From Tubulanus polymorphus (taxonomy: Eukaryota; Animalia; Nemertea), in the NCBI RefSeq assembly GCF_964204645.1, contig NC_134027.1:310001-374000 (forward strand): a stretch of DNA of 64,000 bases, in the 5' to 3' direction. The notes beneath the pieces were generated by a model. The model did not search any database. It saw only the letters and a list, made by a program, of their open reading frames with translations, and was not told the origin of the DNA. How positions within the stretch are numbered: position 1 is the first letter of the stretch; every line of letters begins with the position of its first letter. Below are positions 48,701-62,000 of the stretch, in pieces. The position numbers and the translations under genes were made by a program.

Positions 48701-50574
48701 CTACATATAGACAGCTAGACAGCTAAAGGTCATGTTTTAGATAGGATCGGATGATGAATTTGTAGAGCCTTTTAATAAATATAAGAATTAAACTCCAGAA
48801 GATACAGGTGATGAGTTGAGACACTGCTTGTAGAGAGTCAATATCACGGAGGAGTTTGTGGTAAGGAATTCCACACGATACCAGTGCAAAATGTCCCAAA
48901 TACCCAAGTTTTTGATTGACCGCTAGTATGGAAGGAGCTCCCGATTTTTTTAAATTCATAAATGATTTGCCAATTTGTTCCTATTTTTCAGTTCGTCTGA
49001 CAGATTTAGATCTGGTCAATCGTAACTGTTCCTATGTAAATATAACCTATAAAGACCCGGTAGTTGAAGGGTTAACACGGAATGCTGTAGTCTTCAGAGG
49101 TCCGTCGACTATGGTTCAAAAGGAAGCCGTTTTTCTACATTTCCAACTGGAGGATGAAACGAGGGACTTTTTTACAGTGAGCTATTTTGTGTTTCCCGGT
49201 TGGGATGCATTCAATTCAAGGTAATAATCATTCACAATTCCGGACGATTATCAACACGAACCGGAACCGAAATTCCCAACTTAAATTCGATCATCCAACG
49301 ATGTTATACGATTTACCGATTTCAAACCCGCTGTTGTCGTGACTGGTCGGTTTGTAAGGGACACAACAAAGTGAGCATCAAATCAAATCAAAAAACAATG
49401 AATTAGAGGGATCTGAATTCTCTCTATTTCATGATCATGACCAAAGTTTCCGGAGGGGTTTAACAGAATATGCCTTTGAGAATTATAGTATATGTTACTT
49501 TTTGAGACTGGCTTCGTCGATGCACGAAACAATTATCACAATCTTTATCATTTGCATGTTTTATATATTGCAAGGAATTTTAGCCACAAATAAGAAGAAT
49601 AAAAATCACTTTCACCAATTTTGTACATGTCTTCCTTTGTCACCAGGGGGCGTTCTCACCACAGAGGGAAGCGCTTCATCAATGAAGACCCTACGTGGTT
49701 GTACACTGAGTGAGACTATTCATTGATGGCTTGAGTCACAGATTTATTAAGTTAGCGTTATTGCTTTATTTTGATTTGTAGCACTACGAAAAGTCAAGCC
49801 AGTGAATTAAAAGGTTACCACAAGGTGGCGCCTACGTATGCACTATCTTCCGGTTTGAGAATGTGGATGAAACTGAGTATGAAGGACACTTATATGCTTG
49901 ACGGTCACAAACATACCGAATTTAAAATTGAGGTATCAATTCATGCTTATCATACAGATCAGCGGTTCTACGCTCTCCGCTAGGGGGTGCTCGCATTTGC
50001 ATGCCACTTCATTTTGATTGGCTCTCCGCCTGTTTTCCGATCGCTGATTGGCCAGAAATTATCAATACGACCAATAATTTTGCAGTGTATATCCAGTGCA
50101 AGTTCCAGTTACTTAAAAGTTGATTACATGAAAATACTATAATAACAACAGTTCAGGGCTAATTTTCGCTTGTTAATATATCCATCTTTCAGTAAATGGA
50201 CCCTGCGACCTGAGAATCCTCACCTTTAGATATATTTCTATGACATATTGTATATTGTTCTCTGTTCTCTTGTATTACAGTACAGTGTAGTACGTCATTG
50301 GGAACGCAGGAACAAATCTCAACGTCATAAACATTTATTTTTCATTTTCTACGAATGGAAAAACGATTTTATCGAGGAATCGTTTCTCGTGTATACAACG
50401 ACCCCGTGGAATATAGGTGCCGCTCTATGCGGGGTTTTCCTAACGTTACATAAAGGCTACCAACTAGCTCAAACTTCTTATAAACGTATGAAAAAAGACA
50501 AACAGCGCCGGAGAACTATCAGACAGCGTCGTCAGGAGAGGAGTCGGGATTTCCCAAGGGCCGATACCGTGTGA
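39701..50574 (+). CDS. PACC1: Proton-activated chloride channel (TMEM206) homolog, ~509 aa; exons 39701-40481, 47984-48058, 48992-49220, 49782-49932, 50281-50574
   Basis: TM1 FIYIILAIIAV, HPVRSIHY..V.EYEAPG|IVVYPG, VFRGP, GLRMWMKLS, FYEWKNDFI, TM2 PWNIGAALCGVFLTL; phases 1,1,2,0 all consistent. Confidence 0.9.
40538..40904 (+). mobile_element. Non-autonomous Helitron-like element containing a 55-bp tandem array
   Basis: Hairpin ggatctgcc-ac-ggcagatcc (40870-40889), 11 nt spacer, CTAG|T; candidate A|TC 5' end; unit tagccgcaaggcagcgataacgg... x5. Confidence 0.55.
41700..42460 (-). repeat. 91-bp satellite, ~8 units, in PACC1 intron 1
   Basis: Reverse complement of the 17681-18122 array; central units near identical. 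Confidence 0.95.
47249..47378. repeat. 36-bp minisatellite, ~3.5 copies
   Basis: ttccaccagggactcgccgtttcagagtccacacag. Confidence 0.9.
47508..47650. repeat. 24-bp minisatellite, ~5.5 copies
   Basis: gttaccacacctgactggtcacca. Confidence 0.9.
47652..47815 (+). mobile_element. tRNA-derived element with telomere-like tail (copy 2)
   Basis: GTGGTCTAGCGGTTAGG A-box, CCAGGTTCGAATCCTGG T-arm, broken anticodon stem, TAGGGTTAGGGTTA tail. Confidence 0.7.
48391..48725. repeat. 30/38-bp minisatellite in PACC1 intron 2
   Basis: acctacatatagacagctag(gcagctag)gtcgtgtcac, ~9 copies. Confidence 0.9.
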
Positions 50575-51344
50575 CACCGCTCCCTTGCGAGAAGTGGATG
50601 AATTACATGTGGGGACAACGCCCCAGTGATCGAGAGTTGGTGGTATAACACTGCCCCCTAGTGAGAAATAGGGGTATTACATGTGTAACAGTGCCACCCG
50701 GTGAGTCAAGTCAGCGATATGTCATTGACATAATGATAGATGGAATTTCAGCAACAGCGACCCCTAGTGAGGGTAGAAGGTGTTACAGGAGGGCTTCCCC
50801 ATGACACCGACCCGTTGTGAGGGTAAAAGGTATAACAGGATGGCTTTCCCCCGTGACAGCGACCCCTAGTGAGAAATTGGATTAACTTTGCGCTCAACTG
50901 ATATAACCGGGTCTAACATAATGAATAATATCATCAGCCTAGTTTTATAGGCTTGGATTGAGTTACTTTTAGTGCAAAACTAAAAACATTGATCCCAATC
51001 TTCTATACCAAATATTTGTTTGTTTTTTTTTACTATATATAAACCTAAAGTTTTTGAAATCGCTCCCTAAGAATAGATTTAAATGATAGAATAGCTCGTG
51101 TCTTGGTTAATGAAAATACGAATTTGAAAAGTGGATTTAAATGTGAATTTGTAAATGAGTTTTAAATCTGTCTTGTTTTTTTTAAACTGTCTGGACTTGT
51201 GTCCATTACAAAGACTCGAGAGATGCGGATAAAATTTTTGTACAAATAATAAAACTGTATGAAATACTGATTAGTTCCTTTGAATGGCTTTAAACTGATC
51301 AATTCAGAGTATGTTTGCCTTTATAGGAAGCTTTATACTTTCGA

Positions 51345-51419
51345 GGACCCGGTTCCACAGTTGTTGGCTATGGTTGACTGAGTTGAGCTTGAAATTCTTA
51401 GCCAACAACTGTGGAACTT
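51345..51419. mobile_element. Small MITE
   Basis: gttccacagttgttggcta / tagccaacaactgtggaac inverted arms. Confidence 0.65.
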
Positions 51420-52242
51420 TAGAGGTTTATAGGTAAAATGCCTCTAGGCTATTATTAACACTATATCCAGGTTTTTGGACCAGGGTACCTCATAGGAAAT
51501 GCACATGTAGATAGATCATATCAACTTTGCTACGATTGAAAAAGAGTCCAGTTCCACAGTCATGCATCTTTGACAATAGAACCGAAATGGTCTTTAACTG
51601 GCCTTAAAACCTCGATTGTATATCTCTGGTTCCTGTCTAAAAAAAGTAAAAAAATCTTTTTATAGTATTTCATGTAATATATCATAATAAGAATATTTCC
51701 CCGTGTATTGAAATAGTTTTATGTAACTAACTAACAGGGCCCGGATCCAGCCTAGTGCCATAGTTTCCAGGATTCATTTCTTCCGCACATGGTCATCAGT
51801 TCATCCACCATAAACCGGGCCCTTCCCTCTCCCTCTCCCTCTCTCTTCTCTCATATTCTCTCTCTCTCTTCTCTGTGTGTGTATAAGTCATCATTGCCCG
51901 AATCCAGTTTTTCATATTCATGTTAAGTACTGTTTTTATATTTCACATGTTTACTGATCGCTGTGAATTTGTTTTTTATATTGTCCAAATCTTTTTGTTC
52001 CGTGATCTGATATTGTTACGGAAGTTGTATTTTTAATAAAATGCCCTACCATAAAAAAAATAAACTAAAGGTCTGATTTTCTGTTTTTGTTGTCATTGGA
52101 AAATTCATTCGTGGATTCAGCTGCGGATTTCCCCGAGAAGACGTCTCCAGCATCTCCAAGGTGACAGCCTCCTGAACGATACCGATTGTTAGTTAATCGT
52201 CTGCGAAATTTTGCAGATGAAATTATTCACGCAGTTTTCAAA

Positions 52243-55200
52243 ATGACCACACGAAGTTCTAAACCTACTAATTCTTTATCGGCTGGAAAACTAACATGCC
52301 AGCCGTTAAGCACGGTCCACGAAGGGTTACCGATGTGGGATCGGTTGACTCTGGATGCAAAACTACCCATGGTACCGTCACCGAAAGGCGCTGTCGTTCT
52401 CTGTACGACGAATCTTTGCGAACCGATTCATAAGCAGTATGTACAGGATTTTGATCTGACCGATCCTGGTGCACATGTTATGTCAAACGAGTACCGCGGA
52501 CTTCACGATCAACATCTGAAATCACTTTTGTGTACGCCACAAATGAGGAATCGTTTGTATCGTCTCGGTTTCATCACAGCCGATGGAAAAGTTCTGTGCA
52601 CGCTTCAAGAATTCAACAAATACCGGCAATATCTGAGACGACTCGAGTTGGAGCAACTGGCGCACGAAAGACGAAAACAAGACCAAGAACAAGTACACGA
52701 TATAATCCGTCGCAGACGAGGAGGTTACGCCGGTAGCGAATCGATCAAAACTCGCGAATTCAAGGCGCAAGAAGTTCGCAGACGTTTGAAAGAAAAATTC
52801 GAACTTGATCGAATTCGATATAAACATCTAATGGAGGAAACGGAAGCGAGGAGACAGAGAATTCAAAAGGTAAACAAAAATAAACTGCATCTTGATAATC
52901 AATAACAAAACTTAATGTTCACCCAGTCCTGGGAGATGGAAGTAGTTGTATCCGTCGTTTTTAGATCTACTGTGGTACATCAGATTGATAGATATTAGGC
53001 TACCTGGTGGCGACACGACCGTTAGACTTGCTTGTAATATACTAGACGCGTGTTAGACTATGCCGAAATTCTATAATCTAAGTTGAAAAATAATGTTCAT
53101 CGACACTGCGATTGGTAGGCCTACAGCAAAGTCAAATGAAACTACTGTCTGTCACACATGCTCTTCGTGCGACGTTTTGGTCCGTAATTTCGTTAATAAT
53201 CGGTTGATCTGTAAATATTATGCATCAATTTGTTCAGTAAGGAATTTGCATTCAGAAATAAATCATGAACTGGCAGAAATTTGTTTGTGTTTTCTTCTAT
53301 CAGCGATAGTTTACCTAGCATACGCTCGCGTAATGCTGAAAAACGGCTTTTATGGCCCGTCACGTGGCGCCACCTACTGTATTTTGATATGCTAATGAGC
53401 AGGTGATGACGTCACTGTAACGTTTCCGAGCGTCCGCGGAGCGGATTTTTCAGCATTACGCGAGCGTATGCTGAGTAAACTATCGCTCATAAATGAAAAC
53501 AAAAACAACTTAAGTGAAAATTGTTGTTTATTTCTGAATGCAAATTCCTCACTGAACAAATTGATGCATAATAAAGGTAGATAAACCGATTATTAACGAA
53601 ATTACGGACCAAAACGTCGCACGGAGAGTAGGTGTGACAGACAGTAGCTTGGACTTAACTAAACTAAACGATTAATGTAGAACTGGATCGGGAATCACAA
53701 AAAGAAATTATTTGTCTTTACCCTAAAAATCCAAAAGAAGTTGCATTTTTGTGAACTTGCAACAACAGTTCAGTGATCCTAATGAAGTAGGTAAAGTCTG
53801 GTAATTCTAATTACAGGAACAAACTGACAGAATGTCAGACGCCGAAAAACGGCGCCATTTCACGCGGTTGAAACGAGAAGGAATAATACAACGCAAAGAA
53901 TTGGACGATCGTCGACGAAAGTTAGACATTTACAAAAAGTGGCTTCGTGAGGACACGCGTAGAGCTAAACGAGCGAGACAGAGATTACACAGACAACACG
54001 TGGAAACAGAGTATAAACTAAAACAGGAATGGGAACAACGAAAACGGCTTCAACATCAGCGATATGTGGAGGAGGAGAAACGGAGAATCGAAGAGGAACG
54101 AATTCGTCTGAACAATATCGCCAGACGAGAGGAGATCGTTCGTAAACAACGACAACGACAAACGGAAATATTCGAGAAACTTCGAGAAACGATTCGCGAC
54201 GAGAAGGAAGAGAACGAGTCTAATTATCGCGAGAAATTGGAGCGAGCGACCACGAAATCCGAGCGTAAAGCCAGGCGTAAACAGCGCCGTAAAATGAAGA
54301 AAAAACAACAAGGACAAGCGTCGAGTTTGTTGAAGAGCACGTGGGACGTGACAGCGGCTCTGATGGGTATAGTCGTACAGGCCGATAGAGCAGCGGGTGA
54401 AGGAGAACTGATCACAGACGTGGAACAGACTGTAAGTAAACCGTCTGTTACTGAACTGGGACTCGGAGATTTCAGAGGTGCTGAATTCGATGAACAAGAA
54501 GTGATCATCGATCTGATTGAAGAATCTGATATTTGCGACAGCGAATCGAGTAGTTTTATTTCGATGGAAAGTATTACCGATTCAGAAGGCGGCGACGACT
54601 CGGACGCCGGATTCGAACCCAGACTTCCACCCGGCGCAGCGTTCAAACCGAAGAACAAATTGTTGTCGCATCTACAACGCGAAATTAAAGTTCGCCAGTC
54701 ATCCAGTTCGATAAACCTGTTCGCATTTAGTGGCGATGTTGACAGTAGCAGCAGCAGTGACGGGGAAGAGAGGGACAGCGATTTGGAAGCCGAGGACGCA
54801 AACCGGAACTTCGTCACCTTCACGGAAATGGCGCAGAAAGTCTGCGACGGTGTCGTGGATAACGTGGATAAAGTGTCTAAGTTTATCGTTCAGTGGACAG
54901 TGGCGCTGGCGTCGAAAGTCGTAGCGCCGGCGCTCGACACGTTCAACACGATCTACCCAGCGGGGGGTCGAGTATCACCGTACGATCGCCCACATCGACC
55001 TATACCACCTGATTCTCAGAGCGAACAAGAAGACGCGCCTGAACCGAAAGACAAAGGTCAAGTTCGTTTTAATATGGTACCGAACGTGATCGAGATTCCG
55101 GCTGCGGGAAGCGAGCAACAGTTCTACGCCGATATTAAATTCGACGAATCGGAAAGCGAGGATGAGGCTGAACATGGCGGCAGTTTCAACCAGCTGAAAG

Positions 55201-58200
55201 TGAAAGATTCTCTGACTCTGCTGGGAGGAGTTGAGGACACTTCCGGCCAGGATGTATCCGGTCTCACCGGACTGAAACACGATTTAACGACGGTCATGCA
55301 GGAACTCATGTCCGGATCGCTATCGACGGAGAAAGTCGAACAACTGAAGTCAGTAACACGTGACATACTGACCAGTCTCTCCGAGCAGCGGCAAGCGAGT
55401 TCGATATCGGAGTTCGTCGATTCGTCGCTGTTCGAGGCGCGCAACGAGGTGGAACACGTGACGTCACTGGATCACGTGCAGAGCGATGAAATCACGGATC
55501 TGGTAAAGGACACGTTACAGCGAGCTCTTAGCGATATAAAACGTAGTAAATCCAGCGTAGATCGAGTCCTTATCGAACGTCTCATAGACAACACTTTAGA
55601 TAAAGTAGTTAAAGATATCAAAAAAGAAAATCTCAGTTTCTCAAGTCTCAGCAATCTCACTGTAAAAATATCGAAATCACACGATAACGTGAAAAGAGCG
55701 GCTTCCGCCGGTGAGATAAACATCAAGAAAAAACGGTCGTCGTCGTCGACTTCGATGAGAGCGAATAAATTCGTGAAGGCGCTTCTATCTAAAGTGGTGA
55801 CCGACGTGAAACGCGGACGCGTCAGTAACGAGGACCTCATCGAGATGGCCACCGAACTTTATCGTCAAGATGGCGGTCAATTGAAAGCGATGGATTCCTT
55901 CACCGATCTCACGAATATCAACAACTTCATACAGAGCACGCTGAACACGTGTCTGTCGCAGTTATCGGCTCAAATGTCTGAGCAGATAGTGGCTGATGTA
56001 TTGGACCAGGCGGTACAATCACCGCACTCCTCGCTCACCGATATCGTCGAACGAGAAGATAAAATCCCGTACATAATGGCGCTACAGACGTTCATAGATA
56101 AAGTATTATCGGGAGCGGCGGTGGACGTGAAAAACGAGTCGGAATCATCTATAGTCATCACTGACCCGGACGTGACGACGAAAGATTCGAAATCAGTGTC
56201 GTCCGACGTTCTGGATATATTCCTCGGTAGTATCATGCACGAAGCTGTGAACTCGGTTGAACTGGAAGAAGCGAGCGTCAGTGTACGGGATATGATGACC
56301 GGGAAATCGAGTTCGACCAGCGTTCAAAATTTCATCGAAGCCTTGCTCAGTAAAACTAAACTGACCATAAAACGATCTTCGCAAATGAGCGTCGATGACG
56401 TAGCGACGGATGTGACGTCGGCAGTTCTGGCGACGATAGACGAATCACGTGACTCGAGATCGGTGACGCCGCGTCGGGCGAGCGATAGCACCCTGGCGGC
56501 GAAATCTACAACACCGATAGATGGCGCTAGTACCACTCCTCCAACAACAACCACTCCAACTAAAATAGAAACAACTGGAGTAATTAAAACGAGTGTTGAA
56601 TTACGACAGTCACGGTCAACTCCAGCCACGTCTGCTGATAGCGCAGACGTCGAACCGACCGCTGCTGAAAACGGAATTAAATGTTCTTCGGTCAACTATC
56701 TAGAAAATCGCCAGGCTTCACCTCAACGCCACCAAGCGACGCCTCCTATAACTAACGATAGCGACTTGAGCGACGCAGCCAGCGATAACCCGGATGATGA
56801 CGTCACGATAACTCCTACTTTGCATAATAAGAAAATCGATATCGATCAGGAGATGATGAGTCCGGTTTTGGCGGCCATTTCTAATATGCGTTTTACAACT
56901 TTAAAGCGTCAATGCGACTCGCAAAGTAGCGCTAAATTCTCTTTTACAAATCTCATTAACCCGGAACTAGCGCGTATCAAAGGTCTTCAAACCGACTCTG
57001 AAGTCGGTCTAAGGAAACAGTTACTGAAAACGGCGATGAATAGTCCTAGTTACCACCCGGGTCCCGGAAGCCCGGTATATATACCGGCTTCCGGTTCAGA
57101 TTCTGACCAATCAGAACCTGACGAGATCGATGAAAGTTCCTCGGAGGACGATGAGCAGGAAGAAGTAATGAATGTTGTCGATAGCGTGGTCGCCATGGAG
57201 CTTCCCAACTATGACGACATCGAAGCGCCCCCTAGTGTCGAAAGTTTGAACGAGAAAGCGGAAGAAGAGGTAGTCAGTAGGAAGAAGTCGAGTATTGGAG
57301 AACGACTGTCGCTGAAATCATCGGTTCATTCAGACGGGAGTTCATCATCGAGGCAGCCCCAGTCGAAGAGTTCGGGAACATCAACGGGAAAACTAACTTC
57401 TGTTCGATCGAAACTATCGTCATCGTCAGGAAGCGAGGCGCGACGCAAACCGTCCTCGTCATCCTCCTCCTCCTCGGCACACCGTCAGAGTAAAACTACT
57501 GCAAGTACAAGTGGAAGTTTGTGTAAACAGACATCATCAGCGCACAGTAAAACCCGCCAATCAACATCGTCCGTTAATACCAGCAGCGGCAGCAGACTGA
57601 AAACTAAAGTGTCCAGATCTAGTTCTTCTGGTAAAACTAAACCAGCAGCACCTGCAGCGAAAACTTCGTCCACGACCAGCAGTAAAAAGAGCAGCACAAA
57701 AAGCGTCAATAAATCCAGTATCAGTAAAACAACTTCATCGACATCAGCAGCTACAGCAGCAGCAGCTGTAGCTGCCTCTGTTAAATCGAGCTCTATTGAT
57801 AAATCAGCCTCCACTAAAAGTCTCGATCGTAATAAAAGTTCGTCGCGTTTAGTCGTGCTATCACCGAGTAAAACAGTATCGGGAAGCCTCAGCGGAGGAG
57901 CATCATCGCCGGTGCGTAAAACACCATCAGGAGATTTACAACAACAACAACCAGTGACCTCGCGTCGGAGGACACCGACCAGCGAGACCCGAATAGCAGC
58001 TGACGACCCGCAGCCTCGCGAGGTCGATACGAACTTCGTGTTCGACGATAGCGACCTCACATCTCAAAGTTCTAAAGATAGTCTAAAACAAGACCAGGTT
58101 TCATCTTTGAAAGAAGGTGATGTTGTCGAGGTTCGCTCAAGGGACGGATCACTGTCCAGTTTAGTGAAGGTACGATCTAGAGACAGTCAGACTACACCAG

Positions 58201-58310
58201 GGGACGCCAGCTCGCAGACGAGTATCGGGGGTCGTTACGTCAGCGGCAAGAAAACCAGTAGCAGAATCAGTAACTTATTGAGAACGAGTCAAAGTGATAA
58301 AAGTAATTAA
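52243..58310 (+). CDS. FSIP2-like protein (fibrous sheath-interacting protein 2 N-terminal homology), ~1706 aa; exons 52243-52869, 53817-58310
   Basis: KLPMVP...TTNL.E...FDLTDP...EY.GLHD.HLK...GFIT.DGKVLCTLQEFNKYRQYL resembles the FSIP2 N-terminus; then coiled coil, helical region and Ser/Thr/Lys-rich tail; phase-0 intron. Confidence 0.8.
53141..53648. mobile_element. ~510-bp foldback element with ~205-bp imperfect arms in the FSIP2-like intron
   Basis: ctactgtctgtcacac...gtgcgacgttttggtccgtaatttcgttaataatcgg mirrored at 53587-53647; inner arms 53300-53345 / 53445-53490. Confidence 0.85.
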
Positions 58311-58539
58311 ATCATTCCGAGTCAAACTCTGTAAGAATTTTGAAATAAATATCTTCTTGTCAACTTCAACAATACGGAGTCATAGTGCGAATATCAGGAC
58401 GACGTAGGTAACCCCAGGAGAGTTGATTCCTAGGGAGTGGATTGCTTGTTCCTTATTCCATTATCCACTCTAATTCACTGGGGTGATGTTGATAGGAGAG
58501 TTCCATACTGTTAGGGAACAACGGCGTACTATACTACAG

Positions 58540-58648
58540 AGTCCACTTCCACAGTTCCGAGTTAAGATTTCACTCTGAGTTTACTCATTGAAAATGAACT
58601 AACCCTAACTCAGAGTTAACTCTAACTCACAACTGTGGAACTGGGCCC
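58540..58648. mobile_element. MITE of the GGNCCRGTTCCACAG-end family
   Basis: ttccacagtt ... aactgtggaactgggcc; CAG on both flanks. Confidence 0.65.
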
Positions 58649-59068
58649 AGGGTTGTTTGGTATCTCCCGAAGCGGGTCTTCAGACGTACTCCGATCTGCA
58701 ATACACGTGTATACACGGGTAACAAATCACTGGATCTTAAATTCACCAATTGTCTTCCTCGAAATTAGACAGTCACAGAATAAATCAGAGGTGTACTGAT
58801 AGTTAACTGTATATGTACCATGGGCACGGACGTGGGTAGGAGGCGGTGGGCGCTGGCGTGGGTACGAGAGGTCTGGAATGAACTACCGGTGTGATAGAAC
58901 GGGAATAAGAGTTTGATAATCGTTTTAGAAACGGAAGGTTTATAACCCAGTCAAACAACACAATTCAAATACAATTAAAACATTACTATATTGTACACAG
59001 TATTTGGTATAAATGAATGAAAACGGACGGAAAACAAGAAAACTGTGATGAGATGAAACACGTTGAGT

Positions 59069-62000
59069 TCAGGTGTATGATAGTAGATTAATCTCATAGC
59101 TTCCATCAACCTAAAAATAAAAATCAGTCTCCTAAATTAAACAGCTTCAGAATAAACATTCAGAACTGGGTCCAGGTATCTTCAACTTACATCATATCTT
59201 CCTAATGATGAACTAGTTTGACTCATTCCAGACTGTTCAGCGAGGACCCACAGTTTCTGTAAACCCTGTGATATTATATCAACTGATGCCAAACCCTGAA
59301 AAAAACACATCACAACTCGTTTAATATCAGTTACACATTTGTGATTCCATAGTTTCTAGTTTCAGTTTGATTTCTAGAATCAGTTCATTTAGAGTCAGTT
59401 TTAAATGAGAATTTTGGAAAGTGCGCGCATAGTTAAATCTAACGACTGAACTGAATATCAGCGAACCCTCAATATCCGAGATAAAATTAAATCTTATTTC
59501 CTGAATTCTATTTTTACCTCAATTGATTCCATTTTCTTGTGAGTTTCTTTTAGTTTATCATCAGTTTTACAATCTCCATCTCCTAGATCTAAACTTTTTA
59601 ATATCCAAGCCGGTAATTCAATATCACTTTCATTCTGAAATACACAAATACACAAATTTTTAGATTTTGAACAAAATGATTAAGAGAATCTTTTTGTATT
59701 CTCGACCCAGTTTGATAGTTCACTGTTTCATTTACCTGGAGACTTGTGCGATAGATTTTAATATCTTCGATTTTAAACTCTTTCCAAACTGGTGACGGCT
59801 GTTGGAGAATAAAGCGCAATCCAATCGTGTTATTCATATCAAATAAAAACTGAAAAGTAAAATATTTCATCAATTTACTTTTAAATCAAAGTTTGAGACC
59901 AGGGCCCGGTTTCACGAAAAAGTTTAAGCCTAAAACAGTTTAGTTTGAATAAACCATTTTACAGTTGCTAGCCGCCATTTTGTTAGGGTACTTTTGTCCC
60001 GTATTGTTGGGTCATTTTTTTCTCTTTTTTAAAAACTATCCGTGATGTGTATTGTATCATATTTCATCTGTCGATGGATGGATTTTGACAACTTCAGCAA
60101 CATTCAAACCGCGTGAATCTCTAGTTTTCAGTTATGTTAAAATCATTTCTCAAATTTACAACAATGCGACATGAGAGCGACATAAAAATCGGTGGTCAGT
60201 TTTTGACGTGCGCATAGAAATCCAGGGTACTGAACTTTGAAGTTCGTTATTTTCAGAAATAATTTTCTAAAAAATCCAAACATTTCAAGCACTGTGCGCA
60301 TAAACGCCCCCTTTTAGGTGAACTTTGAAATTTTAAGATATCTTGCCTAGTTTTTTTCCTATGGCACTTTAACTGCAGCGCGTGTATTGTCATTCCGAGA
60401 TTCGGCGCTGTTTTCTTTGCGTGTATTTCAGTATATGGGAGTTTTTTCTTCATTTTCACTACACTTGTCTCTACGGAAAATGGTTTTAATTGTTGGTACG
60501 AGTATCAGGTTTAAATATCACGTCGTTTATGCAATATAATAGATCGGAGACGTTAGAGATGTTGGGGTTTAAGGGATTTTTCTGACCAGTTTTAGCAGCG
60601 AGACTGAGCGGCATTTTGATCACGCATTCGAAGTTGCGCGCGGGAAGAGAATATGTGGGCCTATATTGAGATGGAAGAAGAAAAGAAATATAGCACTCAA
60701 AATCGAGTATGATGACCATTTAAATCAGTAGTCTATCAATAAATTTACATAAAAATCTACTGAAATTAGATGGATGGAGAAGTGGTCAAAAAGCTGGACA
60801 AATGGGGTGGGGCAAATATTCAGCTACTTTCTATGAATACTTTCTATTAAGTACACTCAAGATTGATTAGATTGGGATGAAAATATAGGAAAACGTTTTC
60901 TTGTTTTGGTGGTGAAATATCAAGTATCAAGTTCGAATGTCAGACGCAGGTGATAAAATGTAAAAAGTGACATCTACCATCACAAAAACGCAAGAAGTGT
61001 GTGGATTGCATTTACAACAAAAGAGTGATATTTCTTGGGTGCATGTACGTAAGCCTCTGCCTGCCGTAAAAGCGGTTACCATTACAGTCATTACGAACTA
61101 GCGCCGGAGAACGGAATACAGTATTAATGCCGTAATATTTAAACCTGATACTCGTACCAACAATTAAAACCATTTTCCGTAGAGACAAGTGTAGTGAAAA
61201 TGAAGAAATAACACTCATATACTGAAATACACGCAAAGAAAACAGCGCCGAATCTCGGAATGACAATACACGCGCTGCAGTTAAAGTGCCATAGGAAAAA
61301 AACTAGGCAAGATATCTTAAAATTTCAAAGTTCACCTAAAAGGGGGTGTTTATGCGCACAGTGCTTGAAATGTTTGGATTTTTTAGAAAATTATTTCTGA
61401 AAATAACGAACTTCAAAGTTCAGTACCCTGGATTTCTATGCGCACGTCAAAAACTGACCACCGATTTTTATGTCGCTCTCATGTCGCATTGTTGTAAATT
61501 TGAGAAATGATTTTAACATAACTGAAAACTAGAGATTCATGCGGTTTGAATGTTGCTGAAGTTGTCAAAATCCATCCATCGACAGATGAAATATGATACA
61601 ACACACATCACGGATAGTTTTTAAAAAAGAGAAAAAAATGACCCAACAATACGGGACAAAAGTACCCTAACAAAATGGCGGCTAGCAACTGTAAAATGGT
61701 TTATTGTTGTCTTCATTGAAAACATGAAGTAACCATTAGCAATTACACCAAAAATTTGAGTTTAAATTTTTTGTGAAACTGGGCCAAGCAGTAGAAATAC
61801 CACTGAGCAGCACATGGACAACTGGGTTCAGTTGACCAACATTTGCTTCAACGTATAAAAACTGTGAATCAGAATGGTTAACTCACAGACTCCTGTTGAA
61901 TATTGCTACCCTACTTATAAACAACGTCTATAAATCTACCTGTTTTTGTTTTATGTGGAAATAGTCTTGCGCACCAGTTTCACAATGAGCATCGGGCATC

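Noticed and set aside
54018-58060. Many minus-strand ORFs
   Set aside because: Antisense shadows of the long FSIP2-like exon
60253-61266. ORFs within the large foldback element as a transposase
   Set aside because: Short (68-84 aa), lying partly in the arms, with no DDE or DNA-binding motif
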